Below, one piece after another: positions 45,931 to 54,727 of a DNA stretch of 64,000 nucleotides. The stretch comes from Eubacteriales bacterium. GTDB lineage: Bacteria; Bacillota; Clostridia; Oscillospirales; CAG-272. A model generated the notes under the pieces. That model was not told the DNA's origin, did no database searches, and saw only the letters and a program-made list of their open reading frames with translations. The DNA lies in the NCBI GenBank assembly GCA_034178705.1, contig JAXFQY010000045.1, forward strand, positions 10,636 to 74,635, written 5' to 3'. The position numbers were made by a program, and so were the translations under genes. Every line of letters begins with the position of its first letter. The stretch's first letter is position 1.

Positions 45931-46200
45931 ATGAAAATCAAAGAGGACTTTCTTCTCCGGGAAATCGCCGGTGAGCAGGTTGTGATCGCCGTCGGAAAAA
46001 CGGCAAAAAGTTTTAACGGGATGATCCGTCTGAATGATACCGGAGCATTTCTGTGGCAGCTCCTTGAGAAAGGCGCAAAGGAAGAAACGCTTGTCGCCGC
46101 CCTGCTTGACCGCTATGACACCGACAAAGAAACGGCACATCGTGATCTTGCCTCCTTTCTTGAAGCCGCCCGTGAAGCAGAGCTCCTTTGCGATGAATAA
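45931..46200 (+). CDS. PqqD-family protein (RiPP recognition element-like)
   Basis: An 89-aa product from ATG 45931 (GGGAAGG upstream). 'FLLREIAGEQVVIAVG...MIRLNDTGAFLWQLLEKGAKEETLVAALLDRYDTDKETAHRDLASFLEAAREAELL' fits the PqqD pattern: beta strands, 'LN-tg--iw', then a three-helix bundle. Confidence 0.8.
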   Translation: MKIKEDFLLREIAGEQVVIAVGKTAKSFNGMIRLNDTGAFLWQLLEKGAKEETLVAALLDRYDTDKETAHRDLASFLEAAREAELLCDE

Positions 46201-46660
46201 CGGATTCGACACGCCGGAAAGCCTGAATGACGCGCTCGACCGAGATGGCCTTGTCCTGATTTCCGGAAAAGGAACCAGCATGCTGCCGCTGATCCGTAAT
46301 TCCCGTGACCGGATCTGCATCCGGCGTCTCCCCCGTGAGCCGCGCCGCTACGATATTCTTGTCTACCGCACCTCCCGCGGACTGGCCGCACACCGTCTTC
46401 TTGCTTATTCTGCCGATGGCTGTCTGCTCTTATGCGGGGACAATCAGCTTCGGCCGGAACGGGTTTCCCGCGATAAAATTGTCGCCTATCTGCCCGGAAT
46501 GCTCCGGGGCGATACCTATCTTGATTTCGCAACCTCCCGCAAATACGCGCTTTATTGCCGTGTGTGGTGCTGCTCGCTCCTCCTGCGCCGCTGTTTTCTT
46601 TTCTTCCTCCGGCAAAGCCCCCTGTATAAAAGAGAAAAAAGCGCAGCATGCGCAGACTGA
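46193..46660 (+). CDS. S24/S26-family serine peptidase, Ser/His (SipW/Sec11-like) type
   Basis: ATG 46193 overlaps the PqqD stop by 8 nt. 'GKGTSMLPL' carries the nucleophile Ser, 'YDILVYR' follows, and 'AAHRLL' has His where LexA/SPase I have Lys. The C-terminal tail is Cys-rich and hydrophobic (YALYCRVWCCSLLLRRCFLFFL). No N-terminal TM helix. Confidence 0.75.
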   Translation: MNNGFDTPESLNDALDRDGLVLISGKGTSMLPLIRNSRDRICIRRLPREPRRYDILVYRTSRGLAAHRLLAYSADGCLLLCGDNQLRPERVSRDKIVAYLPGMLRGDTYLDFATSRKYALYCRVWCCSLLLRRCFLFFLRQSPLYKREKSAACAD

Positions 46661-46690
46661 CCGGTCTGCGCATGCTTTTTCTTTTGTTTC
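46645..46690 (+). terminator. Rho-independent terminator after the peptidase gene
   Basis: A 12-bp stem, GCATGCGCAGAC (46646-46657) / GTCTGCGCATGC (46664-46675), followed by TTTTTCTTTTGTTT. The stop codon lies inside the stem-loop. Confidence 0.8.
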
Positions 46691-46749
46691 AGGAACTTTC
46701 TTCCGGTTCCAGCGTCTAACAAACAGAAAACACACGAAAGGAGTCTTCC

Positions 46750-49700
46750 ATGAAACTTCTCAGACTGACAGCGATGCTGCTTTGCACCGCTATTCTCTGC
46801 CCCTTTCTGTTTGCCTGCGGGACAAAGCGCACACCCGTGCTTCTGCAGCACGGAGATGGCTTTCCCCTTCAGGGGAAACTGACCGGCTCGGGAACGCCCG
46901 GTTCCTCTCTGCCTGCAGAACTGTGCAACGTAACCGTAACGGCAGACAACGCATCCGGTCGCACGGTTCCCTGTGACACAGCATTTTCCCTGAAATTTGC
47001 TTCCCCCACAACAGAGAAAACCGTCGCGGAATATCTCCGTCTTTCACCCGATACCGCACTGAAGGTTACACGACTCTCTGACACCGAATACCGCGCTGTT
47101 CCGGAAGGAAAACTGGATCCCGATACGGTTTACCGGCTGTCGCTCGGCAAAGCAAATGCGCCGCAGATGTCCTTTGCTTTCCAGACCGAAAGTGTTTTCC
47201 GACTCCGCTCCACTCTTCCCGCCGACCTTGCAACCGCAGTCCCGGTCAACACGGGAATTGAACTCGATTTTTCCTCCGCACTTGCCACCGGAACCGATCT
47301 TTCCGATTATATTACCATCGAACCGGCATTATCTTTCCGTGCAGAGCTTTACCCGAACGGAAGAACACTTGCCCTGATTCCGTCGGACTATCTGAAAGAG
47401 AATACGGAATACACGGTTCGTATTGCTTCCGGGCTTCTCTCCGCTGCCGGGGAAACACTCGCGGAGGGAAAAACCATCCGTTTCCGCACCGAAGCGAAAT
47501 CGAAACTGATCCAGACCGAATCCTACTACCTTTCCCTGGAGCCGGATCAAACCACGGTTACCCCCGGAAACGCCGCTCAGTACAGCTTTTATTTCCGTTC
47601 GCGTGATGACGCAGTTCTGAAAAACGTCACGGCGGAAATTTACCGCTACCCCTCTCCGGAGAGCCTTGCCGACGCAATCCGAACCTATCTTGCTACCGGA
47701 ACAGAGCTTTCCGGCAATAATGCCTACTATGTCTACCCCACCGCAGGGCTGACGCGCGTAGCTAAAGAAAAACTGATCCCTCAGGCAGAAGCGGGAAGCC
47801 GCCTGCAGGTTCTGACCATGCCCCTTCTCGAAAGCGGTGCGTATCTCGTCAATCTGACCGTGGAAATCCGCTCCGGGCTGAAAACCTATACCGAAAAAAC
47901 ACAGCAGCTGATTCAGGTCACCCCCCTTTCCGCGTATACCGAGTACACCCAGAACGAGCTGCTCATTTGGACAGAAGAGGAGCAGACCTCGGTCAGCGCG
48001 GACTTCTTCCGGATGGACCGCGGCTTCTCCGTCAAAAACGAAGCGGCATCCTACACAACGATCTCGGCAGAGTGCGATGAAAACGGAATTGCCAAGCTTT
48101 CCTGCCCCGAAAACACCAGCGCGGCTCTGCTTACGGTATCAAAAGGCGAATCCACCCTCCTTCTCCCCGTCGGCTCCCTGTCGGAGACAAAGGGCGAAAG
48201 CCGCCGCACTTATGTCTTTACCGACCGTGAGGTCTATTTCGGAGATGATGTGATCCGTTTCAGCGGGTTTCTTCTTCCCGGGATCGGAGAGCTTCCGTTT
48301 CCGGATAAGCTCTGGCTTCAGGTATCGGAAAGCGGAGCAAAGTATCCGGTGAAAATTGAGCCGGACGGTTCCTTCTCCGGCAGCTATACGCTGGAGGGAA
48401 TCCGCTCATACAGTCTGCTGCTGCGATTCGTTGATGCGGACGGGAACACCGTAGCTTCCCGCTATGTCAGTATCACCGCAGACAGCAAGCCTGTTTACAC
48501 AGCCGCCCTCTCCTTTGACCGGCTTTTCTACCGTACCGGGGATACCGCCGTCATATCCGTCAGTGCTTCTTTCTTTGACGGTACTCCCGCGCCCGGACTT
48601 ACCTTCCGTATCCGCAGCCGGATCAGCGGCGGCAGCACAACCTCCTTTGATATCGTCACAGACGAAACCGGTGTTGCAAGCATTTCCTATCGTCTTCCGG
48701 CGGCCAATGCCGGCTCAACCGCTCCGATTTCCGTTTCGGCAGTGGCGGAGCTGATCGGAAACGAAACGACAACCCTTTATCTCTCTGCCAGTGCTCCCTA
48801 TCTCCATTCCGATTTCTATTTTACCGCCGGACGCACAGAGGACGGAAAAGCGCCGGAGCTTCGGTTAAACCGCGTGGACACCTCCGCGCTTCAAAGCAGC
48901 TCGGATCTGCTTTGGTCCGTGTTCCCGCAGAATACCGTCGGCACTGCGATGGAGGGCACAGCATCGGTTAAACTGTATAAAGTTTCTTATGTCAGGCGTT
49001 CGACCGGCACAACATACGATGCGGTTTCCAAGCTCTTCCGCGAAAACTATACCTATGACCGGCTTGAGGAATTGGTCAGCACGGAAATTCTTGCCTTCCG
49101 CGACGGAAAAATCCGACTGAAATCTGTCACGGCAGACAAGGATTTCAATGGGTATTACTACTACTCCGCAAGCTTTGGAAGATACACGCTTACAGTTTCC
49201 GCCGACGGCGGCAATATGTATCGGCAGGTTATCCCGGGCAATGTCTCTCTCGCCTCCGACAAGGAGCTGTACCGAACCGGGGAAACCATGACACTCTCCC
49301 TGAACGACGGACCGGAACCGGTCAGTGACCGCCGATGCCTTGTTACCGTGACCTGGAACGGAGGAAGAACCGTTCTGTTTACCGATGACGGGACCGTCCG
49401 CATTCCCTACGAAGCGAAATACATCAACGGGCTGAATATTTATTTCACTTTCCGGGAGGGGGCGGCCTACCGTTCTTACAATATCTCTCCCGGCTACGAA
49501 TATGCCGATGACACGATCACCCTTACCCTGACAACCGACAAAGACTCCTACAAGCCGGGAGAAACCGTCAGCGTCCGGCTGAGCGCGCGCCGTTCCGACG
49601 GCTCTCCGGCGGCAGGTATCCGTATTTGCCTTGCGGTCGTTGACGAGGCCTGCTTTGCCCTCGGTGATCAGCTCGTGGAAATTCAAAGACAGCTCTATGA

Positions 49701-51801
49701 GAGCGCGGTGAGACAACCTGCCGTTGCTGCAGACAGCCGGTTCTCCCTGTTCTGCAATCATGATTTTCTTTACGAGACCTATGCTCTTCGCACCGAAGCT
49801 GAGTGTGCAGATATAGCTTCGCCCTGCGAAACAGGCGGAACAAACGGAGAAAACTCCGGGGAAATCCGGATACGCAGCCTTTTCTCCAACACACCGGTCT
49901 TTGAAGGGATTCGTCCGGATCAAAACGGGCAGGCTGTTTTCACCTTTACCGCCCCCGATAATGTAACAACCTGGCGTCTGACTGCAATCGCAGTGGATAC
50001 CGCCGATCTGGAAGACGGCATTCCGGATTCAGGCTGCACAACCGGAAGCGTCGTTTCCACACTTCCCTTCTTTCTGAATGTCTCCTGTCCGGATACCTAT
50101 ATTGTCGGAGACGACATCACCGTGTCCGCGCGTGTGTACGGAAGTGAAGCGACCTCCGGAACGCAACTCAGCTGCACCGCTGAGCTGCTTGATGAAAACG
50201 GAAAGATTCTTGCACGGGACACCGCTTCCGGAAAGGTCGGTACCTTCCTCTTCTTCTCCTTTGGCAAACAGGAGGAAGGCAGTTATCGGATCCGTGTTAC
50301 CGCGCGTACTGCAACGAATGCTGACGCTGTGGAAACCGGTGTAACCGTGGTCCGATCCGCTGTGCTGGCAAAGATCACAAAGCTTCTGACCCTTGAAGAA
50401 ATCGGAAGCATCACACCGGCAAAGTATCCCGTCTCCCTTACCTTCTTCAGCGAACGCCAGAAAGGCTTCCTTGAGCTTGCCGGCAGACTCTCCCGCGGAG
50501 GGGAAAGCCGGTCCGACATACAGGCAGCAGCATACGTTGCCTCGATGCTCTTCAAAGCTTACTGCGGAACCGACGCAGCCGACAGCGCCGATTCGGTGCA
50601 ACGGAAAAGCACACTCAACAGTTCCTATGTCAACGGCGGACTGATCAGTCTTCTCCCGTACAGCCAGGGGGATCTGAAGCTTTCCGCTCTGCTTGCCGCC
50701 TGCTGTCCTGATGCCCTCACAGAGTCTACCAAGGACACCCTGCGTGCCTCCTTTGAAAACACGCTGAAGCAGAAGGACTGCACCGAAGAGGAGCTGGTCT
50801 ATTCCCTGCTCGGTCTTGCCGGCGTCGGTGCGCCCGTACTGACCGATCTTTGTGCCGTTGCCTCTGCCTGCTCCGCTTTCTCAACGGAAGGCAAGCTTAT
50901 CCTTGCTGCTGCCTTTGCCGTCATCGGAGATTATCCGGCAACAGAGGAAGTTTACAGCACACTCCGCGGTGAGCTGTTCCATCCCTCTGCCGCAGAACAC
51001 GAGGCGTATTTTGCGCCCGAAGCCTCCTCCACCGAGGATCGGCTGTCTCTGACTGCTGCCGCGCTTCTCTCTGCCTCTGTCGTGGCCCGGGAGGACGCCG
51101 CTCTCTATGTTCGATACCTCTCCGCTCACACTTCCCGTCTGGACTCCTATAACGCACAGCTTGCCTTCTATCTCTCCCGCTACATTCCTTCCGACTCCGC
51201 AGAGCTCACCTTTTCCTGTGTACTCGGCGATGAGGAAAAAACCGTAACGCTCCGGGCGGGAGAGGCCTGGAACATCACGCTGACAAAGTCTGAGCTTGCT
51301 TCCTTTTCCGTCCGGACAGACAGCAAGGATCTGCGCGTTCTCGCGGGATATACCGGAGATATCGAAGAAGCGGTGGCTGACACCGAGGAATCGGAGGAAT
51401 TGGAAATCACGAAAACAACCGTCTCCCGGGGCAACGGAATCTATCTGGTCACGGTTTCCTATCGAATCACCACGGATCGCACCAACGCGTGCTTCACAAT
51501 CAGCGACACAATCCCAAGCGGTGCCCGTTACCTGCGAGAGAACACCTCACGGACAGGCGACAAGTATTCCTGCCTCTGGCTTTCCAACTCCGGACAGACC
51601 ATGAGCGGTGTGCTCTGCTGCTGGAATCCGAACAGTGAAACAGCGATCACAGGGTTAACCAGCCGCACCTACTCCGGCAGCTTCTCCTATTCAATCCGAA
51701 CAGCAATTCCGGGTGAATACATTTCCGAGGCTGCCGTGGCACGCAATACGGCAAGCGGCAGTTATGCGGTAAGCCAGCGGGAAACGCTTATCCTGAAATA
51801 A
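46750..51801 (+). CDS. Alpha-2-macroglobulin-family lipoprotein (1683 aa), no thioester motif
   Basis: Lipoprotein signal MKLLRLTAMLLCTAILCPFLFACG. Repeated MG/Ig-like beta domains. 'ICLAVVDEACFALGD' and 'SLFSNTPVFEGIRPDQNGQAVFTFTAPDNVTTWRLTAIAVD' are classic A2M-domain blocks. I scanned all Cys residues by eye and found no CxEQ. Confidence 0.8.
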   Translation: MKLLRLTAMLLCTAILCPFLFACGTKRTPVLLQHGDGFPLQGKLTGSGTPGSSLPAELCNVTVTADNASGRTVPCDTAFSLKFASPTTEKTVAEYLRLSPDTALKVTRLSDTEYRAVPEGKLDPDTVYRLSLGKANAPQMSFAFQTESVFRLRSTLPADLATAVPVNTGIELDFSSALATGTDLSDYITIEPALSFRAELYPNGRTLALIPSDYLKENTEYTVRIASGLLSAAGETLAEGKTIRFRTEAKSKLIQTESYYLSLEPDQTTVTPGNAAQYSFYFRSRDDAVLKNVTAEIYRYPSPESLADAIRTYLATGTELSGNNAYYVYPTAGLTRVAKEKLIPQAEAGSRLQVLTMPLLESGAYLVNLTVEIRSGLKTYTEKTQQLIQVTPLSAYTEYTQNELLIWTEEEQTSVSADFFRMDRGFSVKNEAASYTTISAECDENGIAKLSCPENTSAALLTVSKGESTLLLPVGSLSETKGESRRTYVFTDREVYFGDDVIRFSGFLLPGIGELPFPDKLWLQVSESGAKYPVKIEPDGSFSGSYTLEGIRSYSLLLRFVDADGNTVASRYVSITADSKPVYTAALSFDRLFYRTGDTAVISVSASFFDGTPAPGLTFRIRSRISGGSTTSFDIVTDETGVASISYRLPAANAGSTAPISVSAVAELIGNETTTLYLSASAPYLHSDFYFTAGRTEDGKAPELRLNRVDTSALQSSSDLLWSVFPQNTVGTAMEGTASVKLYKVSYVRRSTGTTYDAVSKLFRENYTYDRLEELVSTEILAFRDGKIRLKSVTADKDFNGYYYYSASFGRYTLTVSADGGNMYRQVIPGNVSLASDKELYRTGETMTLSLNDGPEPVSDRRCLVTVTWNGGRTVLFTDDGTVRIPYEAKYINGLNIYFTFREGAAYRSYNISPGYEYADDTITLTLTTDKDSYKPGETVSVRLSARRSDGSPAAGIRICLAVVDEACFALGDQLVEIQRQLYESAVRQPAVAADSRFSLFCNHDFLYETYALRTEAECADIASPCETGGTNGENSGEIRIRSLFSNTPVFEGIRPDQNGQAVFTFTAPDNVTTWRLTAIAVDTADLEDGIPDSGCTTGSVVSTLPFFLNVSCPDTYIVGDDITVSARVYGSEATSGTQLSCTAELLDENGKILARDTASGKVGTFLFFSFGKQEEGSYRIRVTARTATNADAVETGVTVVRSAVLAKITKLLTLEEIGSITPAKYPVSLTFFSERQKGFLELAGRLSRGGESRSDIQAAAYVASMLFKAYCGTDAADSADSVQRKSTLNSSYVNGGLISLLPYSQGDLKLSALLAACCPDALTESTKDTLRASFENTLKQKDCTEEELVYSLLGLAGVGAPVLTDLCAVASACSAFSTEGKLILAAAFAVIGDYPATEEVYSTLRGELFHPSAAEHEAYFAPEASSTEDRLSLTAAALLSASVVAREDAALYVRYLSAHTSRLDSYNAQLAFYLSRYIPSDSAELTFSCVLGDEEKTVTLRAGEAWNITLTKSELASFSVRTDSKDLRVLAGYTGDIEEAVADTEESEELEITKTTVSRGNGIYLVTVSYRITTDRTNACFTISDTIPSGARYLRENTSRTGDKYSCLWLSNSGQTMSGVLCCWNPNSETAITGLTSRTYSGSFSYSIRTAIPGEYISEAAVARNTASGSYAVSQRETLILK

Positions 51802-51823
51802 TCATACAACATCCCTGTTCTTC

Positions 51824-51880
51824 CGGAACGCCGGGCGAATGCGCACGAAAAGCCGCATCGCCCGGCGTTCCGACTTTTGT
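51824..51880 (+). terminator. Rho-independent terminator after the A2M-like gene
   Basis: A 15-bp stem, CGGAACGCCGGGCGA (51824-51838) / TCGCCCGGCGTTCCG (51858-51872), followed by ACTTTTGTT. Confidence 0.75.
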
Positions 51881-51913
51881 TGGGCAGATCGGAGAGCTTT
51901 TCACTTTTACCTA

Positions 51914-51942
51914 TTGACAAAGTAGGTTGAACATGCTACAAT
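51914..51942 (+). promoter_or_regulatory. Consensus sigma-70 promoter of the nifS operon
   Basis: TTGACA (51914-51919), a 17-nt spacer, then TACAAT (51937-51942). It is followed by a ~230-nt leader before ATG 52179. Confidence 0.75.
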
Positions 51943-52178
51943 GAGTCCGGTTACCGGATATGCGTAAAGCATATTTCCGGATGAACTTAATAAAAAACAA
52001 AAAAACCTTTTAACAGCGAATGAAAAAGCCGTCGGAACGGGAAAAATGATTAGCGGAAGCAGGACGCGCCAAGCCGTCTTTTGCAGCGCGCCTCTGCCGG
52101 AAAAGCGGGAAGCGGCACGGGAGATTCTGCCCAAAGCCAATCCCCTCTCCGCCGATTGACAAACCGAAAGGAGAAAAA

Positions 52179-53366
52179 ATGACGATCTACGCAGACAACG
52201 CCGCAACAACAAAAATGAGTCGAGCGGCAATTGATGCCATGCTGCCGTTCTTCGATGAGAATTACGGCAATCCATCAAGCCTTCACAGCATCGGGCAAAG
52301 AGCAAACGAAGCGCTGACAACAGCGCGTGAGCAGATTGCCTCCTGCCTCGGCTGCTCCGCGAAGGAAATCACCTTTACTTCGGGGGGAAGTGAGGCGGAC
52401 AATCAGGCGATTCTTTCCGCCGCTGTCCTTGGTGCCCGAAAAGGAAAAAAGCACATACTTTCCACTGCTTTTGAGCATCACGCCGTCCTGCACACGCTGG
52501 AAAAGCTGAAGCGGGAGGGGTTTGACATAGAACTGCTGGATGTGGGAGCCGAAGGAAACATTTCCCCCCGGCAGGTTGCGGAGCATATCCGGGAGGATAC
52601 CTGCCTTGTGACCGTAATGTATGCCAACAATGAGATCGGCTCAATTCTGCCGATTCCGGAGATCGGACAGCTCTGCCGGGAGAAGGGGGTTCTGTTCCAT
52701 ACCGACGCCGTGCAGGCGGCGGGGCATCTGCCGATCCATGTCGGGGAGCAGAACATTGACATGCTGTCGCTTTCCGCGCATAAATTTCATGGTCCGAAAG
52801 GAATCGGCGTTCTGTATGTGCGTAAGGGTATCCCGCTTACCGCGCTGATTGAAGGCGGTGCCCAGGAGCGCGGCAAACGCGCAGGCACCGAGAACATCCC
52901 GGCAATTGTCGGAATGGCTGCGGCACTGAGCGAGGCGTGCGCCAAAATTCCCGAGAACACCGTGAAACTGTGCCACATGCGGGACAGACTGATTGCCGGG
53001 CTGTCCCAGATTCCGCACTCCATTCTGAACGGAGATCCGGTCCGCCGACTCCCCGGAAATGTAAACTTCTGCTTCGAAGGAATCGAGGGCGAGAGCTTGC
53101 TGCTTCTTCTCGATGCCAAAGGAATCTGCGCCTCCTCCGGCTCTGCGTGCACCTCCGGATCTCTCGACCCGAGTCACGTTCTGCTTGCAATCGGAAGACC
53201 GCATGAGGTGGCGCACGGCTCACTGCGGCTTTCCCTCAGCGAGGGAAACACCGAAGAGGAAATTGACGTTATCCTCCGGGAAGTTCCGCGTATCGTTGAA
53301 TATCTGAGAAGCATGTCCCCTCTTTGGCTGGAAAAAGTAAACGGAGAAAAGAATTTCATACTCTAA
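52179..53366 (+). CDS. nifS: Cysteine desulfurase NifS
   Basis: 'IYADNAATT', 'SLSAHKFHGPKGIG' (PLP lysine) and 'SSGSACTS' (catalytic Cys). AAAGGAG RBS. Confidence 0.93.
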   Translation: MTIYADNAATTKMSRAAIDAMLPFFDENYGNPSSLHSIGQRANEALTTAREQIASCLGCSAKEITFTSGGSEADNQAILSAAVLGARKGKKHILSTAFEHHAVLHTLEKLKREGFDIELLDVGAEGNISPRQVAEHIREDTCLVTVMYANNEIGSILPIPEIGQLCREKGVLFHTDAVQAAGHLPIHVGEQNIDMLSLSAHKFHGPKGIGVLYVRKGIPLTALIEGGAQERGKRAGTENIPAIVGMAAALSEACAKIPENTVKLCHMRDRLIAGLSQIPHSILNGDPVRRLPGNVNFCFEGIEGESLLLLLDAKGICASSGSACTSGSLDPSHVLLAIGRPHEVAHGSLRLSLSEGNTEEEIDVILREVPRIVEYLRSMSPLWLEKVNGEKNFIL

Positions 53367-53379
53367 AAAGGAGAAAAAA

Positions 53380-53814
53380 ATGGCACTGTACAGTGAAAAA
53401 GTAATGGATCATTTTCTGCATCCGCGCAATGTCGGATCCATCGAAAATGCAGACGGCGTCGGGGAAGTCGGAAACGCCAAGTGCGGCGATATTATGAAAA
53501 TCTATCTGAAGATCGACAACGGCGTCATCACCGATGTAAAATTTGAAACCTTCGGATGCGGATCAGCGATCGCGTCCAGTTCAATGGCAACCGAAATGAT
53601 TAAGGGGAAGCCCCTCTCCGAAGCACTGACCCTGACAAACAAAGCGGTAACCGAGGCCCTTGACGGACTGCCGGCGCACAAGCTGCACTGCTCCGTTCTT
53701 GCCGAGGAAGCAATCAAAGCAGCAGTCAAAAACTACTACGACAAAAACGGCATTGCGTACGATCCGTGTCAATTTGCTTCCTGCGACACCTGCCCGCACT
53801 GCCACGTGAACTGA
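53380..53814 (+). CDS. nifU: Fe-S cluster assembly scaffold NifU/IscU-like
   Basis: 'YSEKVMDHFLHPRNVG', 'GNAKCGD', 'FETFGCGSAIASSS' and 'LHCSVLAEEA'. Confidence 0.92.
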   Translation: MALYSEKVMDHFLHPRNVGSIENADGVGEVGNAKCGDIMKIYLKIDNGVITDVKFETFGCGSAIASSSMATEMIKGKPLSEALTLTNKAVTEALDGLPAHKLHCSVLAEEAIKAAVKNYYDKNGIAYDPCQFASCDTCPHCHVN

Positions 53815-53815
53815 T

Positions 53816-54727
53816 ATGACGGTACGTGAATTACAGGACAGAATCCTTGAGGAAAAGAAAAAACGGGATTTCTGTATCCTTGCACACAGCTATCAGGCAA
53901 AGGAAATCACCGAAATCGCCGATTTTACCGGAGATTCCTTTGCCTTAAGCAAGAAAGCCCAGACAGTAGCAAATCAAAATGTTCTGATGTGCGGCGTCCG
54001 CTTCATGGCGGAAACCGTCAAGATTCTCTCTCCCGAAAAGCGTGTTTTTCTTTCCAACCCGCAGGCAGGCTGCCCGATGGCGGAGCAAATGGACCGGGAT
54101 TTGATTTCCGAAGTCAAAAAAGAATATCCCGATTACACGGTTGTTGCTTATATCAACACAACCTCGGAGCTGAAAACCGTCTGTGACGTCTGTGTTACTT
54201 CCTCCTCAGCCGTGGATATCGTGCGGAAGCTGGAAAACGACAAAATTCTCTTCATTCCGGACTGCAATCTCGGCAGCTGGGTCGCAGAACAGGTACCCGA
54301 AAAAACATTCAAGCTTCTCTCCGGCGGATGTCCGATTCACGCGCGTGTCAGTGCGGAGGACGTCCGGCGCGAGAAGGCGCTGCACCCGGACGCCCTTCTG
54401 CTGGTCCATCCGGAATGCAAGCCGGAGGTCGTGCGGTTAGCGGATTATGTCGGCTCCACATCGGGGATTGTCAACTATGCAAAAGCATCCGACAGCCGGG
54501 AGTTCATCATCGGTACCGAGGTCAGCATTGCGGAGGAGCTGCGCTATGCCTGCCCGGACAAACGCTTTTACCCTCTCTCCAAAAATCTCATCTGTCCGAA
54601 CATGAAACTGACAACACTTCCGGATGTCCTTGATGCCATTACCGGCGGAGGCGAGGAAATTATCCTGCCGGAGGAAACCCGATTGGCGGCTCGCCGCTGT
54701 ATCGATCGGATGATCGAGCTTGGATGA
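53816..54727 (+). CDS. nadA: Quinolinate synthase
   Basis: 'ILAHSYQ', 'DFTGDSFALS', 'VRFMAETVKILSP', 'YINTTSELK' and 'VHPEC'. Confidence 0.92.
   Translation: MTVRELQDRILEEKKKRDFCILAHSYQAKEITEIADFTGDSFALSKKAQTVANQNVLMCGVRFMAETVKILSPEKRVFLSNPQAGCPMAEQMDRDLISEVKKEYPDYTVVAYINTTSELKTVCDVCVTSSSAVDIVRKLENDKILFIPDCNLGSWVAEQVPEKTFKLLSGGCPIHARVSAEDVRREKALHPDALLLVHPECKPEVVRLADYVGSTSGIVNYAKASDSREFIIGTEVSIAEELRYACPDKRFYPLSKNLICPNMKLTTLPDVLDAITGGGEEIILPEETRLAARRCIDRMIELG

Noticed and set aside
52046-52159. A 37-codon ORF in the nifS leader, considered as a separate gene.
   Set aside because: The RBS is weak, the composition is unremarkable and no homolog comes to mind. It is kept only as a point to check under the nifS-leader finding and is not annotated as a CDS.
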